A stretch of 59,233 nt of DNA, filler included. It is 3 parts of 3 records of this genome, joined end to end, with 100 filler letters (N's around TTAATTAATTAA, not from the genome) between each part and the next. Parts side by side here need not be neighbours in the genome. Positions count along the whole stretch, not along the records: positions 24,704 to 50,079 come from SRR2962707_2277; 2 more parts are not named here. One strand, written 5' to 3'. Below, in pieces: positions 33,235-42,906 of this stretch (the first letter of the stretch is position 1; each line of letters opens with the position of its first letter). The notes below the pieces were generated by a model that saw only the letters and a list, made by a program, of their open reading frames with translations, was not told where the DNA came from and did no database searches. The position numbers and the translations under genes were made by a program.

Positions 33235-34144
33235 AAGACTTAAGGATATTGGGTTTGGATTAAATGCCACTAAAAATGTAAAAAGATTTATTACAGAAGA
33301 CGGGCGATTTAATACAAGCCATATTAATAAAAAAAGCATATTTGAATCCACGTATTCCTATTTAATTAGGATTTCGTGGATTTCTTTTTTTTGTTATGTT
33401 TTATTAGCATACATTTTAATAAATGTTCTTTTTGCGTTAGGGTATGTTTTTATTGGTGTTAATGATATTTCTGCTTATGAATCGCCTTATTTTATAGATA
33501 ACTTCCTTAATGCTTTTCTATTTTCATCACAAACAATAACAACCGTAGGTTACGGGGTTATGTCGCCTTCTGGAACAGCATCTGGCATTCTGGCAAGCTT
33601 TGAAGCTTTGGTAGGTTTGTTGAGTTTTTCTTTTACAACAGGATTGTTATATGGGCGTTTTTCTAAACCTAAAACTCTTATTTCTTTCAGCAAAAATTTT
33701 GTAGTCCGCCCTTTTAGAAATAAAAGAGCCTTGATGATTAAAGTAATGAATACAAGTAGAAATATTCTTATTAAACCAAAGGTGGATGTTACTTTAATCT
33801 TACATAAATTGGTTAATGGGTATTTTCAGCCCGAATATTTTAATCTAAAATTAGAGCGTAAAACCATTACATATTTGCCAACAACGTGGACTATTGTGCA
33901 TGAAATAGATGAAGAAAGTCCTTTTTTTAATCTAACAAAAGAAAAAATTGAAGAATATAAAGCAGAGATAGTAGTATTATTTTCTTATTATGATGATGCC
34001 TTTAATAATGAAATTTACGATGTAAAATCTTATTTATATAGGGATTTAATTATAGATAAAAAGTTTACGAAGTCCTATGGATATGGAGAAGAAGGGAGGC
34101 TTGTAATAGATCATTCCATGCTTCATGATATTGAAAACTTATAA
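33227..34144 (+). CDS. Inward-rectifier potassium channel (KirBac-like)
   Basis: Two TM helices around [12 protein letters not shown] filter, [10 protein letters not shown], cytoplasmic [12 protein letters not shown]. Confidence 0.88.
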   Translation: MVKRLKDIGFGLNATKNVKRFITEDGRFNTSHINKKSIFESTYSYLIRISWISFFCYVLLAYILINVLFALGYVFIGVNDISAYESPYFIDNFLNAFLFSSQTITTVGYGVMSPSGTASGILASFEALVGLLSFSFTTGLLYGRFSKPKTLISFSKNFVVRPFRNKRALMIKVMNTSRNILIKPKVDVTLILHKLVNGYFQPEYFNLKLERKTITYLPTTWTIVHEIDEESPFFNLTKEKIEEYKAEIVVLFSYYDDAFNNEIYDVKSYLYRDLIIDKKFTKSYGYGEEGRLVIDHSMLHDIENL

Positions 34145-34272
34145 ATAAAGTGTTGCAACAAGTTAAACTTTTAATAAAAATTAAACGAAGTATTGCCAAT
34201 TACTTTTGAAGTGCTTTTCTTCACACTTTAAAATAGTTTTTTAAATTACATATATTTAACTAATTTTGCCGG

Positions 34273-35103
34273 ATGATTAAAAATATGAAGTATACATATT
34301 TAGCAGTTCTTTTAGTTGTATTATTTACAAGTTGTAGTGAATATCAAAAAGTACTAAAAGATAGTGATGTTAAGAAGAAGTATGATATGGCCGAAAAGCT
34401 TTATAATGAAGGAGATTATAAGCGAGCTATTAGACTTTTTGAACAAATAGTTCCTCAATATGTTGGGAAACCACAAGGAGAGCGTTTAATCTATTTTTAT
34501 GCGAATTCTTATTATCAAACAGGCGACTATTATTTAGCAGCTTATCAATTTGAGAGATTTTCAAAATCATATCCACGAAGTGATAAAGCTGAAGAAGCTG
34601 CTTTTTTAGGCGCTAAGAGTCAGTATTTAACATCGCCTAGATATAGTTTAGACCAAACGGAAACGGACAAAGCTATTAGTAAGGTTCAGGTGTTTATTAA
34701 CACGCATCCAGAATCGGAATATATGGATGAAGCCAATGAGATGGCAGCAGATTTAAGAGCAAAGAAAGAAAAGAAAGCTTTTGAAATAGCAAAGCAATAT
34801 AATAGAATATCAGATTACCACGCCTCTATAAAGTCTTTTGAGTTATTCTTTAAAGAGTTTCCTGGATCTGTTTATAAAGAGGATGCTTTATATTACGATT
34901 ATTTAGCGAAATACAACCTAGCAGTAAATAGTATTTATTCTAAAAGAGAAGAGCGTATAGGGCAAGCAAAAGAAGCATATACTAAATTGATTAGTGAATT
35001 CAGCGATACTGAATATAAGAATAAAGCCGAAAGAATGAATGCAGATTTGGATACAGAATTGCAAGAATTCAAAGAATTATTAGAGAAATACGAAATACAG
35101 TAA
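34273..35103 (+). CDS. bamD: Outer membrane protein assembly factor BamD
   Basis: FTSC lipobox, TPR pattern, SLDQTET; Bacteroidota bamD-rpoZ-coaBC order. Confidence 0.9.
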   Translation: MIKNMKYTYLAVLLVVLFTSCSEYQKVLKDSDVKKKYDMAEKLYNEGDYKRAIRLFEQIVPQYVGKPQGERLIYFYANSYYQTGDYYLAAYQFERFSKSYPRSDKAEEAAFLGAKSQYLTSPRYSLDQTETDKAISKVQVFINTHPESEYMDEANEMAADLRAKKEKKAFEIAKQYNRISDYHASIKSFELFFKEFPGSVYKEDALYYDYLAKYNLAVNSIYSKREERIGQAKEAYTKLISEFSDTEYKNKAERMNADLDTELQEFKELLEKYEIQ

Positions 35104-35115
35104 ATAAGAAAAGTT

Positions 35116-35439
35116 ATGAGCGAATTAAGAAATTCCGAAGCACCAGTTTCTACAGTAACTTACGATAGAAATGAGATAGATGAGCCTACAAACAATATAT
35201 ATGAGGCTATATCTGTTATTGCTAAGCGTGCAAATCAAATTAATGGGGATATTAAGAAGGAGTTGATTGAAAAATTGGAAGAGTTTGCTACTTACACAGA
35301 TAGTCTTGAAGAGATTTTCGAAAATAAAGAGCAGATAGAAGTTTCTAAATTTTACGAAAAATTACCTAAACCTCACGCAATTGCTGTAGAAGAGTGGTTG
35401 AAAGATAAGGTTTATTACAGAAACACAGAAAAAGAGTAA
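35116..35439 (+). CDS. rpoZ: RNA polymerase omega subunit (Bacteroidota type)
   Basis: NIYEAISVIAKRANQI, EQIEVSKFYEKLPKP; upstream of coaBC. Confidence 0.85.
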   Translation: MSELRNSEAPVSTVTYDRNEIDEPTNNIYEAISVIAKRANQINGDIKKELIEKLEEFATYTDSLEEIFENKEQIEVSKFYEKLPKPHAIAVEEWLKDKVYYRNTEKE

Positions 35440-35442
35440 GGC

Positions 35443-36654
35443 ATGTCCATACTTAGCGGCAAAAAAGTTTTACTTGGTATTACAGGAGGTATTGCCGCTT
35501 ATAAATCGGCTTTTTTAATACGTTTATTTATTAAAGCTGGAGCAAGCGTTAAAGTTGTAATGACAGAATCTGCTAAAGATTTCGTTACTCCTTTAACGCT
35601 TTCTACGTTGTCTAAAAACAAGACTTATTCTTCTTTTACAGATGAAGAAGCGGAGAATGAACTTTGGAATAATCATGTAGATTTAGGGTTGTGGGCAGAT
35701 GTTATGGTAATTGCTCCTGCAACGGCAAATACCTTGTCTAAAATGGCATCTGGAGCCTCAGATAATTTTCTGTTGGCAACCTATCTATCTGCTAAATGTC
35801 CAGTATATTTTGCGCCAGCAATGGATCTGGATATGTATAAACACCCATCTACAATTGTTACTTTTGAAACTCTAAAATCTTTTGGAAATATAATGATTGC
35901 TGCTGGACATGGAGAATTGGCTAGCGGACTTGTAGGCGAAGGGAGAATGGCAGAACCAAAAGAAATAGTATCTTTTATATCAAAAGATATTCTTTCTAAA
36001 CTTCCTTTGAAAGGGAAGAGGGTGTTAATAACTGCCGGTCCTACTTATGAGGCTATAGATCCAGTTCGTTTTATAGGAAATCATTCAAGCGGGAGAATGG
36101 GGTATGCTTTGGCAGAAAAAGCTGCAAATTTAGGAGCAGAAGTTTTCTTGATTTCGGGACCTACACATTTAACTATTTCACATTCTTATATAAAATTGGT
36201 CAGAGTTACTTCCGCAGAAGAAATGTACAATGCTACACATCAGGTTTTTAATCAAGTTGATATAGCCATACTTTCTGCTGCTGTGGCAGATTACCGCCCA
36301 GCTACCATTGCAGATAAGAAAATAAAGAAAAAAATGGCGACAATGAAGATAGATTTGGAGCCAACACAAGATATTCTAGCTTCTTTAGGAAGAAATAAAG
36401 AAAAACAGTTTTTAGTAGGGTTTGCTTTAGAAACTAACAACGAACTAGAAAATGCAAAAAAGAAGCTTTCTGCAAAGAATTTAGATGCTATTGTTTTAAA
36501 TTCGTTAAACGATAAAGGTGCAGGTTTTGGAAAAACCACAAATAAAGTTACTTTTATAGATAAGAATCTAAATAGTATTCCGTTTCCATTAAAATCAAAA
36601 ACGGAAGTAGCAAATGATATCTTTAACGAAATCTTGAATCGCCTGAATGATTAA
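35443..36654 (+). CDS. coaBC: Phosphopantothenoylcysteine decarboxylase/ligase
   Basis: GITGGIAAYK, APATANT, TAGPTYEAIDPVRFIGNHSSG, VGFALET. Confidence 0.97.
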   Translation: MSILSGKKVLLGITGGIAAYKSAFLIRLFIKAGASVKVVMTESAKDFVTPLTLSTLSKNKTYSSFTDEEAENELWNNHVDLGLWADVMVIAPATANTLSKMASGASDNFLLATYLSAKCPVYFAPAMDLDMYKHPSTIVTFETLKSFGNIMIAAGHGELASGLVGEGRMAEPKEIVSFISKDILSKLPLKGKRVLITAGPTYEAIDPVRFIGNHSSGRMGYALAEKAANLGAEVFLISGPTHLTISHSYIKLVRVTSAEEMYNATHQVFNQVDIAILSAAVADYRPATIADKKIKKKMATMKIDLEPTQDILASLGRNKEKQFLVGFALETNNELENAKKKLSAKNLDAIVLNSLNDKGAGFGKTTNKVTFIDKNLNSIPFPLKSKTEVANDIFNEILNRLND

Positions 36655-37537
36655 AAAGCTTTTTTTACTCGTAATTTTATGCTCACTACAAGTTGCAGTT
36701 GCACAAGAATTGAGCTGTACTGTTATTGTTAATTCCGACCAAGTAAATCAAACAAACAAGCAAATATTTAAAACCCTAGAGAAGTCGCTTAACGATTATG
36801 TAAACCAAACAAAGTGGACAAATCGTACCTTTTCAGTAAAAGAAAGAATAGAATGTAGTATGATGATTACCATTAATAAGTACGAAAACAGTGCTTTTAG
36901 TGGAACAATTCAAGTGCAATCTAATCGTCCGGTTTTTAATTCTACTTACCAATCTCCAGTATTTAATTATCAAGACAAGCGTTTTACATTTAATTATGTG
37001 GAGTTTGCACCTTTATATTTTAACCCTAATGTTTTTGAGTCTAATTTAACTTCGGTTATAACTTACTACGTATATATTATTTTAGGAATAGATGCCGATA
37101 CTTTTGTAAAAGAAGGCGGTACGCCATATTTTAAGCAGGCGCAAAATATTGTAAACTTGTCGCAAGGAAGCGGGTATGCAGGTTGGCAACAAACAGATGG
37201 CAATAGAACACGTTGGGAGTTGGTAGATAACCTTTTGTCTAATACCTTTAAGGAATATCGTTTGGCATTGTATAATTACCATCGATTAGGGCTTGATAAT
37301 TTAGTTGATAATGCAAGTTTAGCAAAGCAATCGATAGCAGGCTCCATGAAACTTTTTGACAAATTGAATAACGTCCGACCTAATTCTTTTGTGCTTCAGG
37401 CGTTTTTTGATGCAAAATCTGAAGAAATAGCAAATGTTTTTTTAGACGGACCAAAAGTAGATATTGTAAAGCTCAAAGAAACACTAAATGAGATTGCACC
37501 ACTTTATTCCGATACTTGGTCTCGTATAAAATACTAA
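36647..37537 (+). CDS. DUF4835-family exported protein (annotated as T9SS component PorD in some Bacteroidota)
   Basis: Signal peptide ending AQEL.C.V.VN, RPVFNSTYQS, FFDAKSEEI; between coaBC and recN. Confidence 0.7.
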   Translation: MIKKLFLLVILCSLQVAVAQELSCTVIVNSDQVNQTNKQIFKTLEKSLNDYVNQTKWTNRTFSVKERIECSMMITINKYENSAFSGTIQVQSNRPVFNSTYQSPVFNYQDKRFTFNYVEFAPLYFNPNVFESNLTSVITYYVYIILGIDADTFVKEGGTPYFKQAQNIVNLSQGSGYAGWQQTDGNRTRWELVDNLLSNTFKEYRLALYNYHRLGLDNLVDNASLAKQSIAGSMKLFDKLNNVRPNSFVLQAFFDAKSEEIANVFLDGPKVDIVKLKETLNEIAPLYSDTWSRIKY

Positions 37538-37594
37538 CATTATTTTATTCCGCTTGAAATAACAATTATCTTTGATAAATAAAATTAGATAGCA

Positions 37595-39256
37595 TTGTTA
37601 GTAACACTTACAATTAAAAATTTCGCGTTAATAGATAACCTTCAAGTTTCTTTTAAAGATGGATTAACAGCCATAACTGGAGAAACTGGAGCGGGAAAAT
37701 CCATTCTTTTAGGTGGAATCTCTTTGATATTAGGAAAACGAGCCGATTTAAGTAGTATTAAAAATAGTGATGAAAAATGTGTCATTGAGGCTAGTTTCGC
37801 TATTAATAATTACAATTTAGAAGGTTTTTTTAAGGCGAATGACCTCGATTTTGAAAAGCAAACCATCATCCGAAGAGAAATACTTCCAAGTGGGAAATCG
37901 CGTGCCTTTATTAATGATACTCCTGTAACCTTAGATGTGTTATCGAGTTTGGGGGTACAACTTATAGATATTCATTCGCAACATCAAACACTGCAACTTA
38001 CCGACAATAATTTTCAGTTTCAAGTGGTAGATGCTGTGGCAGGGAATGGTGTTATTTTAAATGATTATTCTGAAAAACTTTCTAAATATCATCATACAAA
38101 AAAGGAATTAAAAAAGTTAATCGATTTCCAACAAGAAGCAGATAAAGAGTATGATTACAATTCTTTTTTATTGCAAGAATTGCAGTCGGTAAACTTAAAA
38201 GAAGGAATGCTTGAGGAATTGGAAGCTGCTTATGAAAAACTCAATAATGTAGAAGAAATTACCGAAAATGTTTCTCATGCACTTCAGGTTTTAGGAGAAG
38301 AGCAGATAGGGACTTTAAGTGGTTTAAATGAGCTTAAAAATATTTTTAATAAGCTTTCTCATTTTGGAGAATCCTACAAAGAACTATCAACTAGAGTACA
38401 ATCTGTTTTAATTGAGTTGGACGATATCTACGTGGAAATACAGCGGATAGAGGAGAACTTAGAAGCCGATCCACAGCAGTTGGAAGAAGTAAATACTAAG
38501 TTGCAGCTCTTGTACAGTCTTCAGAAAAAGCATAATGTTTTAGAAATAAATGAGCTCTTGCAGGTGCAAGAAGAGCTAGCCGAAAAAGTTTCTAAAACTG
38601 AAAATTTGGAAGCTGAAATAAAAGAGCGTCAGTTAAAATTATTAAAGCAAGAAGAAGAACTAGATGCTCTTGCTACAAAAATTCATCAGCAAAGAGAAAA
38701 ATCAATTCCTGCTTTAAAAACTCATTTAGAGAATGTACTTTCGGAAGTAGGAATGCCAAATGCACAGTTTAAGCTAGATTTAGTTGCCACCAACAAGTAT
38801 TTTGTGAACGGAAAAGACGAACTTCACTTTTTGTTTTCAGCAAATAAAGGAGGCAGTTTTAACGAATTGAAAAAAGTAGCTTCTGGAGGAGAGTTGTCTA
38901 GAATTATGTTGGCCATAAAATCTCTTTTAGCGCAGTATATGCAATTACCAACCATCATGTTTGACGAGATAGACACAGGAGTTTCTGGAGAAGTATCTAC
39001 AAAAATGGGAGGAATTATGCATGAAATGAGTAAAACGATGCAGGTTTTTACAATAACCCATTTACCGCAAGTAGCTGCCAAAGGAGATGTACAGTTTAAA
39101 GTATTTAAAGAAGATAAAGGAGGAATTACAGCTTCTCAGATTAAACAACTCACTGAGGACGAACGTGTTCAAGAAATAGCGGAAATGTTAGGAGGGAAGG
39201 ATGTTTCTAGTTCTGCAATGGCTCATGCCAAAGAATTATTGTTAAAGAAAGTGTAA
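37595..39256 (+). CDS. recN: DNA repair protein RecN
   Basis: TGETGAGKS, ASGGELSR, FDEIDTGVSG, ITHLPQVA. Confidence 0.97.
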   Translation: MLVTLTIKNFALIDNLQVSFKDGLTAITGETGAGKSILLGGISLILGKRADLSSIKNSDEKCVIEASFAINNYNLEGFFKANDLDFEKQTIIRREILPSGKSRAFINDTPVTLDVLSSLGVQLIDIHSQHQTLQLTDNNFQFQVVDAVAGNGVILNDYSEKLSKYHHTKKELKKLIDFQQEADKEYDYNSFLLQELQSVNLKEGMLEELEAAYEKLNNVEEITENVSHALQVLGEEQIGTLSGLNELKNIFNKLSHFGESYKELSTRVQSVLIELDDIYVEIQRIEENLEADPQQLEEVNTKLQLLYSLQKKHNVLEINELLQVQEELAEKVSKTENLEAEIKERQLKLLKQEEELDALATKIHQQREKSIPALKTHLENVLSEVGMPNAQFKLDLVATNKYFVNGKDELHFLFSANKGGSFNELKKVASGGELSRIMLAIKSLLAQYMQLPTIMFDEIDTGVSGEVSTKMGGIMHEMSKTMQVFTITHLPQVAAKGDVQFKVFKEDKGGITASQIKQLTEDERVQEIAEMLGGKDVSSSAMAHAKELLLKKV

Positions 39257-39359
39257 TTGTAACTTAATAGAAGTATCAAAGTAAAAAAATAGACTTTTTT
39301 ACAAATAATTTGAATATTTTTGAGGCTTCAAACGAAAATAAGCAATTAACCAAAAGGAT

Positions 39360-40178
39360 ATGTCATATAATTTATTAAAAGGAAAGAAAGGGATAATCTT
39401 CGGAGCGTTAGACGAGAATTCAATAGCATGGAAAACGGCTATTAAAGCGCACGAAGAAGGAGCTACATTTGTTTTAACTAATGCGCCAATTGCCATGAGA
39501 ATGGGACAAATTAAAGAATTGGCAGAAAAAACAGGTTCTGAAATTATTCCTGCGGATGCAACTAATGTAGAAGACTTAGAAAACCTTGTTGAAAAAGCAA
39601 TGGAAATTCTAGGAGGAAAAATCGACTTTGTATTGCATTCAATTGGGATGTCTATAAACGTTAGAAAAGGAAGACATTATACAGATCAGAAATACGATTT
39701 TACCGACAAAGGGTGGGATGTTTCTGCATTATCTTTCCATAAAGTATGTCAGACATTGTATCAAAAAGATGCAATGAACGAATGGGGAAGTATTGTAGCA
39801 TTAACTTACATGGCTGCACAACGTGTATTTCCAGACTACAATGATATGGCAGATAATAAGGCATACTTAGAGTCTATTGCTAGAAGTTTTGGATATTTCT
39901 ATGGAAAACAAAAAAATGTACGTGTAAATACTATTTCTCAATCTCCAACCCCAACAACAGCGGGACAAGGAGTAAAAGGTTTTGACGGATTTATTGCTTA
40001 TGCAGATAAAATGTCTCCTTTAGGAAATGCTACTGCTCAAGAATGTGCAGATTACACTATTAGTTTGTTTTCGGATCTTACTAAAAAGGTAACAATGCAA
40101 AACTTATTTCACGACGGGGGTTTCTCTAATACAGGAGTTAGTAATGAAGTGATGGAGAAGTTTATGACTGAAGAATAA
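39360..40178 (+). CDS. fabI: Enoyl-ACP reductase (NADH)
   Basis: GIIFGALDENSIAW, LHSIGMS, YNDMADNKAYLES, LFHDGGF. Confidence 0.92.
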   Translation: MSYNLLKGKKGIIFGALDENSIAWKTAIKAHEEGATFVLTNAPIAMRMGQIKELAEKTGSEIIPADATNVEDLENLVEKAMEILGGKIDFVLHSIGMSINVRKGRHYTDQKYDFTDKGWDVSALSFHKVCQTLYQKDAMNEWGSIVALTYMAAQRVFPDYNDMADNKAYLESIARSFGYFYGKQKNVRVNTISQSPTPTTAGQGVKGFDGFIAYADKMSPLGNATAQECADYTISLFSDLTKKVTMQNLFHDGGFSNTGVSNEVMEKFMTEE

Positions 40179-40197
40179 TTAGTTAATAAAATATATT

Positions 40198-40258
40198 AAG
40201 CTGTTTGAAAAGTGAAAATGGAATTTTATAAATCGCTTTTTAAACAGCTTTCTTGTTT
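40198..40258 (+). terminator. Long stem-loop after fabI (terminator or REP-like element)
   Basis: AAGCTGTTTGAAAAGTGA ... TCGCTTTTTAAACAGCTT, 18-bp stem with two G-U pairs, then a T-rich tail. Confidence 0.6.
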
Positions 40259-40276
40259 CTAAAAAGAGTGAAGTAG

Positions 40277-41278
40277 ATGGCGCTTAATTTTTCGTTTATA
40301 ATTCCTGTTTTTAACAGGCCAGAAGAAGTTAAAGAGTTACTTGTAAGTATGAATTTGCTTACAGGCGAGATCCCTTTTGAAATTGTAATTGTAGAAGACG
40401 GTTCTACAATTTCTTCCGAAGAAATTGTAAATGATTTTAAAGACACGCTAAACATCTCTTATTATTTCAAAGAGAATTCTGGGCCTGGAGATTCTCGTAA
40501 TTTTGGAATGCAAAAAGCAAAAGGAAACTATTTTATTATTTTAGATTCCGATTGTATTTTACCTCCACAGTACTTAGAGGAAGCTCAAAATGCACTAGCT
40601 CAAAGCTATGTAGATTGTTATGGAGGTCCAGATGCAGCTCACAAATCGTTTTCCGATCTTCAAAAGGCTATAAATTATAGTATGACTTCCATTCTTACCA
40701 CAGGAGGAATACGTGGCGGAAAAAAAGCGGTAAATAAATTTCAGCCTAGAAGTTTTAATATGGGACTTTCCAAAAAGGCTTTTGAAGTAACAGGCGGATT
40801 TGGAAAAATTCACCCAGGAGAAGATCCAGATTTAACAATAAGATTATGGAAAGCAGGGTTTGAAACTGTTTTAATCCCACAAGCATTTGTATATCATAAG
40901 CGGAGGATATCTTGGGAGAAGTTTTACCTACAGGTTCAAAAATTTGGTCTTACTAGGCCTATTTTAAATAAATGGCATCCAGAGACTAAAAAAATAACCT
41001 ATTGGTTTCCTACATTTTTTGTATTCGGACTAGCATTCTCTTTATTGATGTGGTTTGCAGGTGTTTCTATATTTTTAAAAGTCTATGGATTGTATTTTCT
41101 AGCTATTTTTATTGATGCACTTTTAAAAAATAAAAGTCTTAAAATTGCGTTTTTAGCTGTTTATGCAGTAATTATACAGTTTTTTGGATATGGATTAGCT
41201 TTTGTGAAATCTACAATTTTGATTACCTTTTCCAATAAAAAACCAGAACAGATTTTTCCAAAACTTTTTTTTAGTTAA
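40277..41278 (+). CDS. Glycosyltransferase family 2
   Basis: SFIIPVFNR, VEDGS, LDSDC (DxD), GEDPDL, C-terminal TM helices. Confidence 0.9.
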   Translation: MALNFSFIIPVFNRPEEVKELLVSMNLLTGEIPFEIVIVEDGSTISSEEIVNDFKDTLNISYYFKENSGPGDSRNFGMQKAKGNYFIILDSDCILPPQYLEEAQNALAQSYVDCYGGPDAAHKSFSDLQKAINYSMTSILTTGGIRGGKKAVNKFQPRSFNMGLSKKAFEVTGGFGKIHPGEDPDLTIRLWKAGFETVLIPQAFVYHKRRISWEKFYLQVQKFGLTRPILNKWHPETKKITYWFPTFFVFGLAFSLLMWFAGVSIFLKVYGLYFLAIFIDALLKNKSLKIAFLAVYAVIIQFFGYGLAFVKSTILITFSNKKPEQIFPKLFFS

Positions 41279-42240
41279 TGGCAGGAAAATTTTTAGAATA
41301 TATTAAAAGTGTGCTAAAGAAGCCAAAGGCATCAATTTTTTTGATGTTTCTTGTGATTTCTTTTTTTATTTGGTTTCTAATATCTCTTTCAGATACCTAC
41401 ACTTCGCATGTAAGTTTTAAATTGAATTATAGTGGGATTCCTGAGGATAAACTAATTCTTGGAAAACCTAAAAATTCTTTAACTACCAATATTGAAACCT
41501 CAGGATTTAAGATTTTAAATTATCGAATTTTCAGAAGGGATATTTTTTTAAATCTAACAGATTTTAAAAAGGAAGGGAATAAATATTATTTGTTACCAGA
41601 TGCTATTGAAGAGGTAATTAATATTCAGCATAAATCGGTGAATATAAGAAGAATAGCTGTGGATTCTTTAATTTTGAAACTGGGAGTTAACGAAAAAAAA
41701 TATGTCAAGGTAATTCCTAAGATTCATATATCTTATGCAGAAGATTATCAGTTAAGAGATTCTTTAAAAATAACTCCCGATAGTATTTGGGTTAGAGGTC
41801 CAGAAGATGTTGTAAAAACGATTACAGCTATAGAAACAGAAGACATGGAGTATAAGAATGTACGTAGTGATTTTAATTATACTGTACCTTTAAATATTCC
41901 TGATTCTGTTGAAAACATAGAATTTCAAACTAAAAAAGTTTCTGTAGAAGGAGTAGTAGAGCGTTATTCAGAAAAAATAATTTTAGTTCCAGTACAAGTA
42001 GAAAATTTACCAGAAAACATTAGTTTAAGAATATATCCTGAAAAAATTAAATTGCTTTGTAAAGCTCCGATTTCAGAATTGAAACGAATTAATGAAAACG
42101 CTTTCAAAGTTGTGTGTAATTACAACGAGATTTCGGAGGAAACCACCTACTTAATTCCGCAGTTAATTGAGCAGCCAAAGTTTCTTTCTTCAGTAAAAAT
42201 ATTGGACAGAAAAGTTGAGTTCCTCATAAAAAAGCAGTAA
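41278..42240 (+). CDS. YbbR/CdaR-like domain membrane protein
   Basis: N-terminal TM, ITPDSIWVRGP and IYPEKIKL YbbR-like repeats; upstream of coaE. Confidence 0.75.
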   Translation: MAGKFLEYIKSVLKKPKASIFLMFLVISFFIWFLISLSDTYTSHVSFKLNYSGIPEDKLILGKPKNSLTTNIETSGFKILNYRIFRRDIFLNLTDFKKEGNKYYLLPDAIEEVINIQHKSVNIRRIAVDSLILKLGVNEKKYVKVIPKIHISYAEDYQLRDSLKITPDSIWVRGPEDVVKTITAIETEDMEYKNVRSDFNYTVPLNIPDSVENIEFQTKKVSVEGVVERYSEKIILVPVQVENLPENISLRIYPEKIKLLCKAPISELKRINENAFKVVCNYNEISEETTYLIPQLIEQPKFLSSVKILDRKVEFLIKKQ

Positions 42241-42243
42241 ATT

Positions 42244-42828
42244 ATGATAGTAGGTTTGACAGGAGGTATTGGAAGCGGTAAATCTACAGTAGCTAAATTC
42301 TTTAAAGAATTAGGAGTGCCAGTTTATATTGCAGATTTAGAGGCCAAAAAGCTAATGGAAACTAATGATGATATTAGAAGAGATATCATTAGTATTTTTG
42401 GAGCTTATGCTTACGAAAATAATCTTCCTAATCGTAAGTATCTGGCTGAAATTGTTTTTGAAAACCCCGAAAAGTTAGAACAATTAAATGCAATAATTCA
42501 CCCAGCGGTTGGAAAACATTTTGAAGAATGGTACCAGCAGCAAAAAGCTCCTTATGTTATTAAAGAGGTAGCTATTCTTTTTGAAAATGGAGGAGATAAA
42601 CAATGTGATTTAGTAATTACAGTTACAGCTCCAAAAGAAATTAGAATAGAAAGGGTGTTAAAAAGAGATCAAACTACACGTAAAGCCATTGAAGCTAGGA
42701 TGCAGAATCAATGGAGTGATAAAGAAAAAATTAAGAAATCTGACTTTGTTATAGAAAACATAGTTATAGATAATACCCACCAAATAGTTGAGGAGTTACA
42801 CAGAATGATACTTAAAAAAAGCATTTGA
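42244..42828 (+). CDS. coaE: Dephospho-CoA kinase
   Basis: VGLTGGIGSGKS, LNAIIHPAV, RIERVLKRD. Confidence 0.96.
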   Translation: MIVGLTGGIGSGKSTVAKFFKELGVPVYIADLEAKKLMETNDDIRRDIISIFGAYAYENNLPNRKYLAEIVFENPEKLEQLNAIIHPAVGKHFEEWYQQQKAPYVIKEVAILFENGGDKQCDLVITVTAPKEIRIERVLKRDQTTRKAIEARMQNQWSDKEKIKKSDFVIENIVIDNTHQIVEELHRMILKKSI

Positions 42829-42906
42829 AGCAAAAATTTTAACATTTTTGTTAACGTTAGGTTAAATGCTTAACATACCTTATTACAATGTCTTAATTTT
42901 GACAAA

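Noticed and set aside
41278-42240. YbbR/CdaR-like gene as evidence of a c-di-AMP module
   Set aside because: No diadenylate cyclase is nearby, and the GT2-YbbR-coaE order is ordinary in Bacteroidota.
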